From the human T2T-CHM13v2.0 reference genome, Homo sapiens, in assembly GCF_009914755.1 (NCBI RefSeq), contig NC_060948.1: a stretch of 64,000 nucleotides of DNA; one strand, written 5' to 3'. Numbering within the stretch: the first letter of the stretch is position 1; each line of letters opens with the position of its first letter. Under the pieces are notes generated by a model that saw only the letters and a program-made list of their open reading frames with translations, ran no database searches and was not told where the DNA came from. Position numbers and translations under genes: made by a program. Positions 25,752 to 41,400 of this stretch are shown here, in pieces.

Positions 25752-28700
25752 AAGGGAATGCAATTGAATGGAATAGAATGTAAGAGAATGGAATTGAGAG
25801 TAATGGAAAGATATCGATTGGAATGAAATGGAATGGAAAGGAATTGAATGGAAAGGAATGGACTCGAAAGAAATAGGTTGGAATGGAATGGTCTCCAATG
25901 GAATGGACTGGAGTGGAATGGAATCGAATGGAATGAAAAGAATGGAACGGAATGGAACGGAAAGGATTAGAATGTTATGGATTCCGATTGGACAGAATGG
26001 AATGGAATGCAGTTTCATGAAATGGAGTCAAATAGAGTGGCATCAAAAGGAATGGAATGGAGTGGAATCAAGAGGAATGGACTCGAAAGGAATGGAGTCG
26101 AACCAAATTGAATCAAATGGATTGGAGTCGAACAGAATGGAATGGAATGGAATGAACTCGACTGGAGTAGAGAGGAATGAAAAGGAATAGAATGGAATGT
26201 AATCAAATGGATTGCAAGTGAATGGAATCAAAAATAATAGAAAGCAATGGAGTGTAAAGGGATGATATTGAATTAAATGGAATGGAATGTAATGGAATTT
26301 AATGGAATGGAGTCGAAGGAATGGACAGGAATGTAATGGACTCCAATGGAATGGAATGGATGAAAACGGATTTGAAAAGATTGGAATAGAACGGAATGGA
26401 ATGCAATGAAATGGAATGGACTCGATCAGAACGGACTGGAGAGGAATGTACACAAATGGAATGGAAACGAATGGAATGCAATGAAATGGAATGGAATGCA
26501 ATGGAATTGAAAGGAACGGAATCAAGTGGAATGGAATGGAATGGAATGGAATGGATTGGAATAGAATGAATTCAAATAAAATAGAATCGATTGCAATGGT
26601 ATTGAATGGAAGGGACTTGAATGGAATGGAAAGCAATGGAAGATATTGGAATCGAATGGCATCGAATGAAATGGAATGGAACGGAATGGAACGGACCCGA
26701 ATGGAATGGAATGGACTCAAATGTAATGGACTCGAATGGAATCGACTGAAATATAATAGACTCGAAAGGAATGGCCTCTAGCGGAATTTATTTGAATAGA
26801 ATGGAATCAAATGGAATACAATAGTATGGAATGGAATCGAATGGAATGGAATCGAATGGAATGTAATCAAATGGAATGGAATGGAATTCAATATAATGGA
26901 GTAGAATGGAATGCATTGGAAAGGAGCAGAGTGGAATCGAGTGGATTGGAATCGAGTGGAATGGAATCAAAGGGAACGAAATCGGATTGAATGGACTTGA
27001 ATGGAATTGAGTCGAAAGGAATTGACTCGAAAGGAATGGACTGGAACAAAAAGGAATCAAATGGACAGGAATGGAATGGAATGGACTCGGATGGAATGGA
27101 GTCAAATGCAAACGCATCCAATGGAATGGATTCAAATGGAATGCAATTGAATGGAATAGAAAGGAAGAGAATGGAATTGAGAGTAATGGAAAGATATCGT
27201 TTGGAATGAAATGGAATGGAAAGGAATTGAATGGAAAGGAATGAACTCGAAAGAAATGGATTGGAATGGAATGGTCTCCAATGGAATGGACTGGAGTGGA
27301 ATGCAATCGAATGGAAAGAAAAGAATGGAACGGAATGGAACGGAAAGGAATAGAATGTTATGGAATCCGATTGGACAGAATGGAATGGAATGCAGTTTCA
27401 TGAAATGGAGTCGAATAGAGTGGCATCAAAAGGAATGGAATGGAGTGGACTCAAAAGGAATGGACTCGAAAGGAATGGAGTCGAAACAAATTGAATCAAA
27501 TGGATTGGAGTCGAACAGAATGGAATGGAATGGAATGAACTCGACTGGAGTAGAGAGGAATGAAAAGGAATAGAATGGAATGTAATCAAATGGATTGCAA
27601 GTGAATGGAATCAAAAATAATAGAAACGAATGGAGTGTAAAGTGATGATATTGAATTAAATGGAATGGAATGGAATTTAATGGAATGGAGTCGAAGGAAT
27701 GGACAGGAATGTAATGGACTCCAATGGAATGGAATGGATCAAGATGGATTGGAACAGATTAGAATGGAACGGAATGGAATGCAATGAAATGGAATGGACT
27801 CGATCAAAACAGACTGGAGAGGAATGTACACAAATGGAATGGAAACGAATGGAATGGAATGAAATGGAATGGAATGGAATGCAATGGAATTGAAAGGAAC
27901 GGAATCAAATGGAATGGAATGGAAGGGATTGGAATACAATGGATTCAAATAAAATAGAATCGATTGCAATGGTATTGAATGGAAGGGACTTGAATGGAAT
28001 TGAAAGCAACGGAAGATATTGGAATCGAATGGCATCGAATGAAATGGAATTGAACGGAATGGACCGGACCGGAATAGAATGGAATGGACTCAAATGTAAT
28101 GGACTCGAAAGGAATCGACTGAAATATAATAGACTCGAAAGGATTGGCCTCGAGCGGAATTTGTTTGAATAGAATGGAATCAAATGGAATACAATAGTAT
28201 GGAATGGAATCGAATGGAATGGAATCGAATGGAATGTAATGAAATGGAATGGAACGGAATTCAATATAATGGAGTAGAATGGAATGCATTGGAAAGGAGC
28301 AGAGTGGAATCGAGTGGATTGGAATCGAGTGGAATGGAATCAAAGGGAACGAAATCGAATTGAATGGACTTGAATGGAATTGAGTCGAAAGGAATTGACT
28401 CGAAAGGAATGGACTGGAACAAAAAGGAATCAAATGGACGGGAATGGAATGGAATGGACTCGAATGGAATGGAGTCAAATGCAAACGCATCGAATGGAAT
28501 GGATTCAAATGGAATGCAATTGAATGGAATAGAAAGGAAGAGAATGGAATTGAGAGTAATGGAAAGATATCGATTGAAATGAAATGAAATGGAAAGGAAT
28601 TGAATGGAAAGGAATGGACTCGAAAGAAATGGATTGGAATGGAATGGTCTCCAATGGAATGGACTGGAGTGGAATGGAATCGAATGGAAAGAAAAGAATG

Positions 28701-31063
28701 GAACGGAATGGAACGGAAAGGAATAGAATGTTATGGAATCCGATTGGACAGAATGGAATGGAATGCAGTTTCATGAAATGGAGTCGAATAGAGTGGCATG
28801 AAAAGGAATGGAATGGAGTGGACTCAAAAGGAATGGACTCGAAAGGAATGGAGTCGAACCAAATTGAATCAAATGGATTGGAGTCGAACAGAATGGAATG
28901 GAATGGAATGAACTCGACTGGAGTAGAGAGGAATGAAAAGGAATAGAATGGAATGTAATCAAATGGATTGCAAGTGAATGGAATCAAAAATAATAGAAAG
29001 GAATGGAGTGTAAAGGGATGATATTGAATTAAATGGAATGGTATGGAATTTAATGGAATGGAGTCGAAGGAATGGACAGGAATGTAATGGACTCCAATGG
29101 AATGGAATGGATCAAAATGGATTTGTACAGATTGGAATCGAACGGAATGGAATACAATGAAATGGAATGGATTCGATCAGAGCGGCCTGGAGAGGAATGT
29201 ACATAAATGGAATGGAAACGGAAGGAATGGAATGAAATGGAATGGAATGCAGTGGAATTGAAAGGAACGGAATCAAATGGAATGGAATGGAATGGAATGG
29301 AATGGAATGGATTGGAATAGAATGGATTCAAATAAAATAGAATCGATTGCAATGGTATTGAATGGAAGGGACTTGAATGGAATGGAAAGCAATGGAAGAT
29401 ATTGGAATCGAATGGAATCGAATGGAATGTAATCAAATGGAATGGAACGGAATTCAATATAATGGAGTAGAATGGAATGCATTGGAAAGGAACATAGTGG
29501 AATCGAGTGGATTGGAATCGAGTGGAATGGAATCAAAGGGAACGAAATCGAATTGAATGGACTTGAATGGAAGTGAGTCGAAAGGAATTGACTCGAAAGG
29601 AATGGACTGCAACAAAAAGGAATCAAATGGAGAGGAATGGAATGGAATGGACTCGAATGGAATGGAGTCAAATGCAAACGCATCCAATGGAATGGATTCA
29701 AATGGAATGCAATTGAATGGAATAGAAAGGAAGAGAATGGAATTGAGAGTAATGGAAAGATATCGATTGGAATGAAATGGAATGGAAAGGAATTGAATGG
29801 AAAGGAATGGACTCGAAAGAAATGGATTGGAATGGAATGGTCTCCAATGGAATGGACTGGAGTGGAATGCAATCGAATGGAAAGAAAAGAATGGAACGGA
29901 GAGGAATAGAATGTTATGGAATCCGATGGAACAGAATGGAATGGAATGCAGTTTCATGAAATGGAGTCGAATAGAGTGACATCAAAAGGAATGGAATGGA
30001 GTGGACTCAAAAGGAATGGAGTCGAAAGGAATGGAGTCGAACCAAATTGAATCAAATGGATTGGAGTCGAAAAGAATGGAAAGGAATGGAATGAACTCGA
30101 CTGGAGTAGAGAGGAATGAAAAGGAATAGAATGGAATGTTATCAAATGGATTGCAAGTGAATGGAATAAAAAATAATAGAAAGGAATGGAGTGTAAAGGG
30201 ATGATATTGAATTAAATGGAATGGAATGGAATTTAATGGAATGGAGTCGAAGGAATGGACAGGAATGTAATGGACTCCAATGGAATGGAATGGATCAAAA
30301 TGGATTTGAACAGATTGGAATGGAACGGAATGGAATGCAATGAAATGGAATGGACTCGATCAGAACGGACTGGAGAGGAATGTACACAAATGGAATGGAA
30401 ACGAATGGAATGGAATGAAATGGAATGGAATGCAATGGAATTGAAAGGAACGGAATCAAATGGAATGGAATGGAATGGAATGGATTGGAATAGAATGGAT
30501 TCAAATAAAATAGAATCGATTGCAATGGTATTGAATGGAAGGGACTTGAATGGAATGGAAAGCAATGGAAGATATTGGAATCGAATGGCATCGAATGAAA
30601 TGGAATGGAACGGAATGGAACGGACCCGAATGGAATGGAATGGACTCAAATGTAATGGACTCGAATGGAATAGAAGGAAATATAATAGACTCGAAAGGAA
30701 TGGCCTCGAGCGGAATTTATTTGAATAGAATGGAATCAAATGGAATACAATAGTATGGAATGGAATCGAATGGAATGGAATCGAATGGAATGTAATCAAA
30801 TGGAATGGAACGGAATTCAAAATAATGGAGTAGAATGGAATGCATTGGAAAGGAGCAGAGTGGAATCGAGTGTATTAGAATCGAGTGGAATGGAATCAAA
30901 GGGAACGAAATCCAATTGAATGGACTTGAATGCAATTTAGTCGAAAGGAATTGACTCAAAAGGAATGGACTGGAACAAAAAGGAATCAAATGGACAGGAA
31001 TGGAATGGAATGGACTCGAATGGAATGGAGTCAAATGCAAACGCATCGAATGGAATGGATTCA
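25752..31063 (+). repeat. 5,312 bp four-unit block, copy 2
   Basis: Near-identical to 20440-25751. I noticed only four substitutions by eye (near 21716/27028, 22115/27427, 23352/28664, 25565/30877). Confidence 0.93.
28771..29953 (+). repeat. Second copy of the truncated 1,183 bp unit
   Basis: Same junction near 29412 and same GGAACGGAGAGGAATAG 10 bp deletion near 29895. Confidence 0.92.
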
Positions 31064-34000
31064 AATGGAATGTAATTGAATGGAATAGAAAGGAAGAGAA
31101 TGGAATTGAGAGTAATGGAAAGATATCGATTGGAATGAAATGGAATGGAAAGGAATTGAATGGAAAGGAATGGACTCGAAAGAAATGGATTGGAATGGAA
31201 TGGTCTCCAATGGAATGGACTGGAGTGGAATGGAATCGAATGGAAAGAAAAGAATGGAACGGAATGGAACGGAAAGGAATAGAATGTTATGGAATCCGAT
31301 TGGACAGAATGGAATGGAATGCAGTTTCATGAAATGGAGTCGAATAGAGTGGCATCAAAAGGAATGGAATGGAGTGGACTCAAAATGAATGGAGTCGAAA
31401 GGAATGGAGTCGAACCAAATTGAATCAAATGGATTGGAGTCGAACAGAATGGAATGGAATGGAATGAACTCGACTGGAGTAGAGAGGAATGAAAAGGAAT
31501 AGAATGGAATGTAATCAAATGGATTGCAAGTGAATGGAATCAAAAATAATAGAAAGGAATGGAGTGTAAAGGGATGATATTGAATTAAATGGAATGGAAT
31601 GGAATTTAATGGAATGGAGTCGAAGGAATGGACAGGAATGTAATGGACTCCAATGGAATGGAATGGATCAAAATGGATTTGAACAGATTGGAATGGAACG
31701 GAATGGAATGCAATGAAATGGAATGGACTCGATCAGAACGGACTGGAGAGGAATGTACACTAATGGAATGGAAACGAATGGAATGGAATGAAATGGAATG
31801 GAATGCAATGGAATTGAAAGGAACGGAATCAAATGGAATGGAATGGAATGGATTGGAATAGAATGGATTCAAATAAAATAGAATCGATTGCAATGGTATT
31901 GAATGGAAGGGACTTGAATGGAATGGAAAGCAATGGAAGATATTGGAATCGAATGGCATCGAATGAAATGGAATGGAACGGAATGGAACGGACCCGAATG
32001 TAATGGAATGGACTCAAATGTAATGGACTCGAATGGAATCGACTGAAATATAATAGACTCGAAAGGATTGGCCTCGAGCGGAATTTATTTGAATAGAATG
32101 GAATGAAATGGAATACAATAGTATGGAATGGAATCGAATGGAATGGAATCGAATGGAATGTAATCAAATGGAATGGAACGGAATTCAATATAATGGAGTA
32201 GAATGGAATGCATTGGAAAGGAGCAGAGTGGAATCGAGTGGATTGGAATCGAGTGGAATGGAATCAAAGGGAACGAAATCGAATTGAATGGACTTGAATG
32301 GAATTGAGTCGAAAGGAATTGACTCGAAAGGCATGGACTGGAACAAAAAGGAATCAAATGGACAGGAATGGAATGGAATGGACTCGAATGGAATGGAGTC
32401 AAATGCAAACGCATCGAATGGAATGGATTCAAATGGAATACAATTGAATGGAATAGAAAGGAAGAGAATGGAATTGAGAGTAATGGAAAGATATCGATTG
32501 GAATGAAATGAAATGGAAAGGAATTGAATGGAAAGGAATGGACTCGAAAGAAATGGATTGGAATGGAACGGTCTCCAATGGAATGGACTGGAGTGGAATG
32601 GAATCGAATGGAAAGAAAAGAATGGAACGGAATGGAACGGAAAGGAATAGAATGTTATGGAATCCGATTGGACAGAATGGAATGGAATGCAGTTTCATGA
32701 AATGGAGTCGAATAGAGTGGCATCAAAAGGAATGGAATGGAGTGGACTCAAAAGGAATGGACTCGAAAGGAATGGAGTCGAACCAAATTGAATCAAATGG
32801 ATTGGAGTCGAACAGAATGGAATGGAATGGAATGAACTCGACTGGAGTAGAGAGGAATGAAAAGGAATAGAATGGAATGTAATCAAATGGATTGCAAGTG
32901 AATGGAATCAAAAATAATAGAAAGGAATGGAGTGTAAAGGGATGATATTGAATTAAATGGAATGGAATGGAATTTAATGGAATGGAGTCGAAGGAATGGA
33001 CAGGAATGTAATGGACTCCAATGGAATGGAATGGATCAAAATGGATTTGAACAGATTGGAATGGAACGGAATGGAATGCAATGAAATGGAATGGACTCCA
33101 TCAGAAAGGACTGGAGAGGAATGTACACAAATGGAATGGAAACGAATGGAATGGAATGAAATGGAATGGAATGCAATGGAATTGAAAGGAACGGAATCAA
33201 ATGGAATGGAATGGAATGGAATAGAATGGATTCAAATAAAATAGAATCGATTGCAATGGTATTGAATGGAAGGGACTTGAATGGAATGGAAAGCAATGGA
33301 AGATATTGGAATCGAATGGCATCGAATGAAATGGAATGGAACGGAATGGAACGGACCCGAATGGAATGGAATGGACTCAAATGTAATGGACTCGAATGGA
33401 ATCGAAGGAAATATAATAGACTCGAAAGGAATGGCCTCGAGCGGAATTTATTTGAATAGAATGGAATCAAATGGAATACAATAGTATGGAATGGAATCGA
33501 ATGGAATGGAATCGAATGGAATGTAATCAAATGGAATGGAACGGAATTCAAAATAATGGAGTAGAATGGAATGCATTGGAAAGGAGCAGAGTGGAATCGA
33601 GTGTATTGGAATCGAGTGGAATGGAATCAAAGGGAACGAAATCCAATTGAATGGACTTGAATGCAATTTAGTCGAAAGGAATTGACTCAAAAGGAATGGA
33701 CTGGAACAAAAAGGAATCAAATGGACAGGAATGGAATGGAATGGACTCGAATGGAATGGAGTCAAATGCAAACGCATCGAATGGAATGGATTCAAATGGA
33801 ATGTAATTGAATGGAATAGAAAGGAAGAGAATGGAATTGAGAGTAATGGAAAGATATCGATTGGAATGAAATGGAATGGAAAGGAATTGAATGGAAAGGA
33901 ATGGACTCGAAAGAAATGGATTGGAATGGAAGGGTCTCCAATGGAATGGACTGGAGTGGAATGGAATCGAATGGAAAGAAAAGAATGGAACGGAATGGAA

Positions 34001-35400
34001 CGGAAAGGAATAGAATGTTATGGAATCCGATTGAACAGAATGGAATGGAATGCAGTTTCATGAAATGGAGTCGAATAGAGTGGCATCAAAAGGAATGGAA
34101 TGGAGTGGACTCAAAATGAATGGAGTCGAAAGGAATGGAGTCGAACCAAATTGAATCAAATGGATTGGAGTCGAACAGAATGGAATGGAATGGAATGAAC
34201 TCGACTGGAGTAGAGAGGAATGAAAAGGAATAGAATGGAATGTAATCAAATGGATTGCAAGTGAATGGAATCAAAAATAATAGAAAGGAATGGAGTGTAA
34301 AGGGATGATATTGAATTAAATGGAATGGAATGGAATTTAATGGAATGGAGTCGAAGGAATGGACAGGAATGTAATGGACTCCAATGGAATGGAATGGATC
34401 AAAATGGATTTGAACAGATTGGAATGGAACGGAATGGAATGCAATGAAATGGAATGGACTCGATCAGAACGGACTGGAGAGAAATGTACACAAATGGAAT
34501 GGAAACGAATGGAATGGAATGAAATGGAATGGAATGCAATGGAATTGAAAGGAACGGAATCAAATGGAATGGAATGGAATGGATTGGAATAGAATGGATT
34601 CAAATAAAATAGAATCGATTGCAATGGTATTGAATGGAAGGGACTTGAATGGAATGGAAAGCAATGGAAGATATTGGAATCGAATGGCATCGAATGAAAT
34701 GGAATGGAACGGAATGGAACGGACCCGAATGTAATGGAATGGACTCAAATGTAATGGACTCGAATGGAATCGACTGAAATATAATAGACTCGAAAGGATT
34801 GGCCTCGAGCGGAATTTATTTGAATAGAATGGAATGAAATGGAATACAATAGTATGGAATGGAATCGAATGGAATGGAATCGAATGGAATGTAATCAAAT
34901 GGAATGGAACGGAATTCAATATAATGGAGTAGAATGGAATGCATTGGAAAGGAGCAGAGTGGAATCGAGTGGATTGGAATCGAGTGGAATGGAATCAAAG
35001 GGAACGAAATCGAATTGAATGGACTTGAATGGAATTGAGTCGAAAGGAATTGACTCGAAAGGCATGGACTGGAACAAAAAGGAATCAAATGGACAGGAAT
35101 GGAATGGAATGGACTCGAATGGAATGGAGTCAAATGCAAACGCATCGAATGGAATGGATTCAAATGGAATACAATTGAATGGAATAGAAAGGAAGAGAAT
35201 GGAATTGAGAGTAATGGAAAGATATCGATTGGAATGAAATGAAATGGAAAGGAATTGAATGGAAAGGAATGGACTCGAAAGAAATGGATTGGAATGGAAT
35301 GGTCTCCAATGGAATGGACTGGAGTGGAATGGAATCGAATGGAAAGAAAAGAATGGAACGGAATGGAACGGAAAGGAATAGAATGTTATGGAATCCGATT
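30680..35400 (+). repeat. Two-unit duplication, offset 2,731 bp (about 30680-32680 vs 33410-35400)
   Basis: Shared variants: AATTCAAAATAA, ATCCAATTG, TGCAATTTAG, ATGTAATTG, CAAAATGAATGGAGTC, CCCGAATGTAAT, GGAATACAATTG. Confidence 0.8.
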
Positions 35401-38400
35401 GGACAGAATGGAATGGAATTCAGTTTCATGAAATGGAGTCGAATAGAGTGGCATGAAAAGGAATGGAATGGAGTGGACTCAAAAGGAATGGACTCGAAAG
35501 GAATGGTGTCGAACCAAATTGAATCAAATGGATTGGAGTCGAACAGAATGGAATGGAGTGGAATGAACTCGACTGGAGTAGAGAGGAATGAAAAGGAATA
35601 GAATGGAATGTAATCAAATGGATTGCAAGTGAATGGAATCAAAAATAATAGAAAGGAATGGAGTGTAAAGGGATGATATTGAATTAAATGGAATGGAATG
35701 GAATTTAATGGAATGGAGTCGAAGGAATGGACAGGAATGTAATGGACTCCAATGGAATGGAATGGATCAAAATTGATTTGAACAGATTGGAATGGAACGG
35801 AATGGAATGCAATGAAATGGAATGGACTCGATCAGAACGGACTGGAGAGGAATGTACACAAATGGAATGGAAACGAATGGAATGGAATGAAATGGAATGG
35901 AATGCAATGGAATTGAAAGGAACGGAATCGAATGGAATGGAATGGATTGGAATAGAATGGATTCAAATAAAATAGAATCGATTGCAATGGTATTGAATGG
36001 AAGGGACTTGAATGGAATGGAAAGCAATGGAAGATATTGGAATCGAATGGCATCTAATGAAATGGAATGGAACGGAATGGAACGGACCCGAATGGAATGG
36101 AATGGACTCAAATGTAATGGACTCGAATGGAATCGACTGAAATATAATAGACTCGAAAGGATTGGCCTCGAGCGGAATTTATTTGAATAGAATGGAATGA
36201 AATGGAATACAATAGTATGGAATGGAATCGAATGGAATGGAATCGAATGGAATGTAATAAAATGGAATGGAACGGAATTCAATATAATGGAGTAGAATGG
36301 AATGCATTGGAAAGGAGCAGAGTGGAATCGAGTGTATTGGAATCGAGTGGAATGGAATCAAAGGGAAAGAAGTCGAATTGAATGGACTTGAATGGAATTG
36401 AGTCGAAAGGAATTGACTCGAAAGGCATGGACTGGAACAAAAATGAATCAAATGGACAGGAATGGAATGGAATGGACTCGAATGGAATGGAGTCAAATGC
36501 AAACGCATCGAAAGGAATGGATTCAGATGGAATGCAATTGAATGGAATAGAAAGGAAGAGAATGGAATTGAGAGTAATGGAAAGATATCGATTGGAATGA
36601 AATGAAATGGAAAGGAATTGAATGGAAAGGAATGGACTCGAAAGAAATGGATTGGAATGGAATGGTCTCCAATGGAATGGACTGGAGTGGAATGCAATCG
36701 AATGGAAAGAAAAGAATGGAACGGAATTGAACGGAAAGGAATAGAATGTTATGGAATCCGATTGAACAGAATGGAATGGAATGCAGTTTCATGAAATGGA
36801 GTCGAATAGAGTGGCATCAAAAGGAATGGAATGGAGTGGACTCAAAAGGAATGGAGTCGAAAGGAATGGAGTCGAACCAAATTGAATCAAATGGATTGGA
36901 GTCGAAAAGAATGGAAAGGGATGGAATGAACTCGACTGGAGTAGAGAGGAATGAAAAGGAATAGAATGGAATGTAATCAAATGGATTGCAAGTGAATGGA
37001 ATCAAAAATAATAGAAAGGAATGGAGTGTAAAGGGATGATATTGAATTAAATGGAATGGAATGGAATTTAATGGAATGGAGTCGAAGGAATGGACAGGAA
37101 TGTAATGGACTCCAATGGAATGGAATGGATCAAAATGGATTTGAACAGATTGGAATCGAACGGAATGGAATGCAATGAAATGGAATGGACTCGATCAGAA
37201 CGGACTGGAGATTAATGTACACAAATGGAATGGAAACGAATGGAATGGAATGAAATGGAATGGAATGCAATGGAATTGAAAGGAACGGAATCAAATGGAA
37301 TGGAATGGAATGGAATGGATTGGAATAGAATGGATTCAAATAAAATAGAATCGATTGCAATGGTATTGAATGGAAGGGACTTGAATGGAATGGAAAGCAA
37401 TGGAAGATATTGGAATCGAATGGCATCGAATGAAATGGAATGGAACGGAATGGAACGGACTGGAATGGAATGGAATGGACTCAAATGTAATGGACTCGAA
37501 TGGAATCGACTGAAATATAATAGACTCGAAAGGAATGGCCTCGAGCGGAATTTATTTGAATAGAATGGAATCAAATGGAATACAATAGTATGGAATGGAA
37601 TCGAATGGAATGGAATCGAATGGAATGTAATCAAATGGAATGGAACGGAATTCAATATAATGGAGTAGAATGGAATGCATTGGAAAGGAGCAGAGTGGAA
37701 TCGAGTGGATTGGAATCGAGTGGAATGGAATCAAAGGGAACGAAATCGAATTGAATGGACTTGAATGGAATTGAGTCGAAAGGAATTGACTCAAAAGGAA
37801 TGGACTGGAACAAAAAGGAATCAAATGGACAGGAATGGAATGGAATGGACTCGAATGGAATGGAGTCAAATGCAAACGCATCGAATGGAATGGATTCAAA
37901 TGGAATGCAATTGAATGGAATAGAAAGGAAGAGAATGGAATTGAGAGTAATGGAAAGATATCGATTGGAATGAAATGGAATGGAAAGGAATTGAATGGAA
38001 AGGAATGGACTCGAAAGAAATGGATTGGAATGGAATGGTCTCCAATGGAATGGACTGGAGTGGAATGGAATCGAATGGAAAGAAAAGAATGGAACGGAAT
38101 GGAACGGAAAGGAATAGAATGTTATGGAATCCGATTGGACAGAATGGAATGGAATGCAGTTTTATGAAATGGAGTGGAATAGAGTGGCATCAAAAGGAAT
38201 GGAATGGAGTGGACTCCAAAGGAATGGACTCGAAAGGAATGGAGTCGAACCAAATTGAATCAAATGGATTGGAGTCGAACAGAATGGAATGGAATGGAAT
38301 GAACTCGACTGGAGTAGAGAGGAATGAAAAGGAATAGAATGGAATGTAATCAAATGGATTGCAAGTGAATGGAATCAAAAATAATAGAAAGGAATGGAGT

Positions 38401-41400
38401 GTAAAGGGATGATATTGAATTAAATGGAATGGAATGGAATTTAATGGAATGGAGTCGAAGGAATGGACAGGAATGTAATGGACTCCAATGGAATGGAATG
38501 GATCTAAATGGATTTGAACAGACTGGAATCGAACGGAATGGAATGCAATGAAATGGAATGGACTCGATCAGAACGGACTGGAGAGGAATGTACACAAATG
38601 GAATGGAAACGAAAGGAATGGAATGAAATGGAATGGAATGCAATGGAATTGAAAGGAACGGAATCAAATGGAATGGAATGGAATGGAATGGATTGGAATA
38701 GAATGGATTCAAATAAAATAGAATCGATTGCAATGGTATTGAATGGAAGGGACTTGAATGGAATGGAAAGCAATGGAAGATATTGGAATCGAATGGCATC
38801 GAATGAAATGGAATGGAACGGAATGGAACGGACCCGAATGGAATGGAATGGACTCAAAGGTAATGGACTCGAATGGAATCGAATGAAATATAATAGACTC
38901 GAAAGGAATGGCCTCGAGCGGAATTTATTTGAATAGAATGGAATCAAATGGAATACAATAGTATGGAATGGAATCGAATGGAATGGAATCGAATGGAATG
39001 TAATCAAATGGAATGGAACGGAATTCAATATAATGGAGTAGAATGGAATGCATTGGAAAGGAGCAGAGTGGAATCGAGTGGATTGGAATCCTGTGGAATG
39101 GAATCAAAGGGAACGAAATCGAATTGAATGGACTTGAATGGAATTGAGTCGAAAGGAATTGACTCGAAAGGAATGGACTGGAACAAAAAGGAATCAAATG
39201 GACAGGAATGGAATGGAATGGACTCGAATGGAATGGAGTCAAATGCAAACGCATCGAATGGAATGGATTCAAATGGAATACAATTGAATGGAATAGAAAG
39301 GAAGAGAATGGAATTGTGAATAATGGAAAGATATCGATTGGAATGAAATGGAATGGAAAGGAATTGAATGGAAAGGAATGGACTCGAAAGAAATGGATTG
39401 GAATGGAATGGTCTCCAATGGAATGGACTGGAGTGGAATGCAATCGAATGGAAAGAAAAGAATGGAACGGAATGGAACGGAAAGGAATAGAATGTTATGG
39501 AATCCGATTGAACAGAATGGAATGGAATGCAGTTTCATGAAATGGAGTCGAATAGAGTGGCATCAAAAGGAATGGAATGGAGTGGACCCAAAAGGAATGG
39601 AGTCGAAAGGAATGCAGTCGAACCAAATTGAATCAAATGGATTGGAGTCGAAAAGAATGGAAAGGAATGGAATGAACTCGACTGCAGTAGAGAGGAATTA
39701 AAAGGAATAGAATGGAATGTAATCAAATGGATTGCAAGTGAATGGAATCAAAAATAATAGAAAGGAATGGAGTGTAAAGGGATGATATTGAATTAAATGG
39801 AATGGAATGGAATTTAATGGAATGGAGTCGAAGGAATGGACAGGAATGTAATGGACTCCAATGGAATGGAATGGATCAAAATGGATTTGAACAGATTGGA
39901 ATGGAACGGAATGGAATGCAATGAAATGGAATGGACTCCATCAGAACGGACTGGAGAGGAATGTACACAAATGGAATGGAAACGAATGGAATGGAATGAA
40001 ATGGAATGGAATGCAATGGAATTGAAAGGAACGGAATCAAGTGGAATGGAATGGAATGGAATGGATTGGAATAGAATGGATTCAAATAAAATAGAATCGA
40101 TTGCATTGGTATTGAATGGAAGGGACTTGAATGGAATGGAAAGCAATGGAAGATATTGGAATCGAATGGCATCGAATGAAATGGAATGGAACGGAATGGA
40201 ACGGACCCGAATGGAATGGAATGGACTCAAATGTAATGGACTGGAATGGAATCGACTGAAATATAATAGACTCGAAAGGAATGGCCTCGAGCGGAATTTA
40301 TTTGAATAGAATGGAATCAAATGGAATACAATAGTATGGAATGGAATCGAATGGAATGGAATCGAATGGAATGTAATCAAATGGAATGGAACGGAATTCA
40401 ATATAATGGAGTAGAATGGAATGCATTGGAAAGGAGCAGAGTGGAATCGAGTGGATTGGAATCGAGTGGAATGGAATCAAAGGGAACGAAATCGAATTGA
40501 ATGGACCTGAATGGAATTGAGTCGAAAGGAATTGACTCGAAAGGAATGGACTGGAACAAAAAGGAATCAAATGGACAGGAATGGAATGGAATGGACTCGA
40601 ATGGAATGGAGTCAAATGCAAACGCATCGAATGGAATGGATTCAAATGGAATGCAATTGAATGGAATAGAAAGGAAGAGAATGGAATTGTGAGTAATGGA
40701 AAGATATCGATTGGAATGAAATGGAATGGAAAGGAATTGAATGGAAAGGAATGGACTCGAAAGAAATGGATTGGAATGGAATGGTCTCCAATGGAATGGA
40801 CTGGAGTGGAATGCAATCGAATGGAAAGAAAAGAATGGAACGGAATGGAACGGAAAGGAATAGAATGTTATGGAATCCGATTGAACAGAATGGAATGGAA
40901 TGCAGTTTCATGAAATGGAGTCGAATAGAGTGGCATCAAAAGGAATGGAATGGAGTGGACCCAAAAGGAATGGAGTCGAAAGGAATGGAGTCGAACCAAA
41001 TTGAATCAAATGGATTGGAGTCGAAAAGAATGGAAAGGAATGGAATGAACTCGACTGCAGTAGAGAGGAATTAAAAGGAATAGAATGGAATGTAATCAAA
41101 TGGATTGCAAGTGAATGGAATCAAAAATAATAGAAAGGAATGGAGTGTAAGGGGATGATATTGAATTAAATGGAATGGAATGGAATTTAATGGAATGGAG
41201 TCGAAGGAATGGACAGGAATGTAATGGACTCCAATGGAATGGAATGGATCAAAATGGATTTGAACAGACTGGAATCGAACGGAATGGAATGCAATGAAAT
41301 GGAATGGACTCGATCAGAACGGACTGGAGAGGAATGTACACAAATGGAATGGAAACGAATGGAATGGAATGAAATGGAAAGGAATGCAATGGAATTGAAA

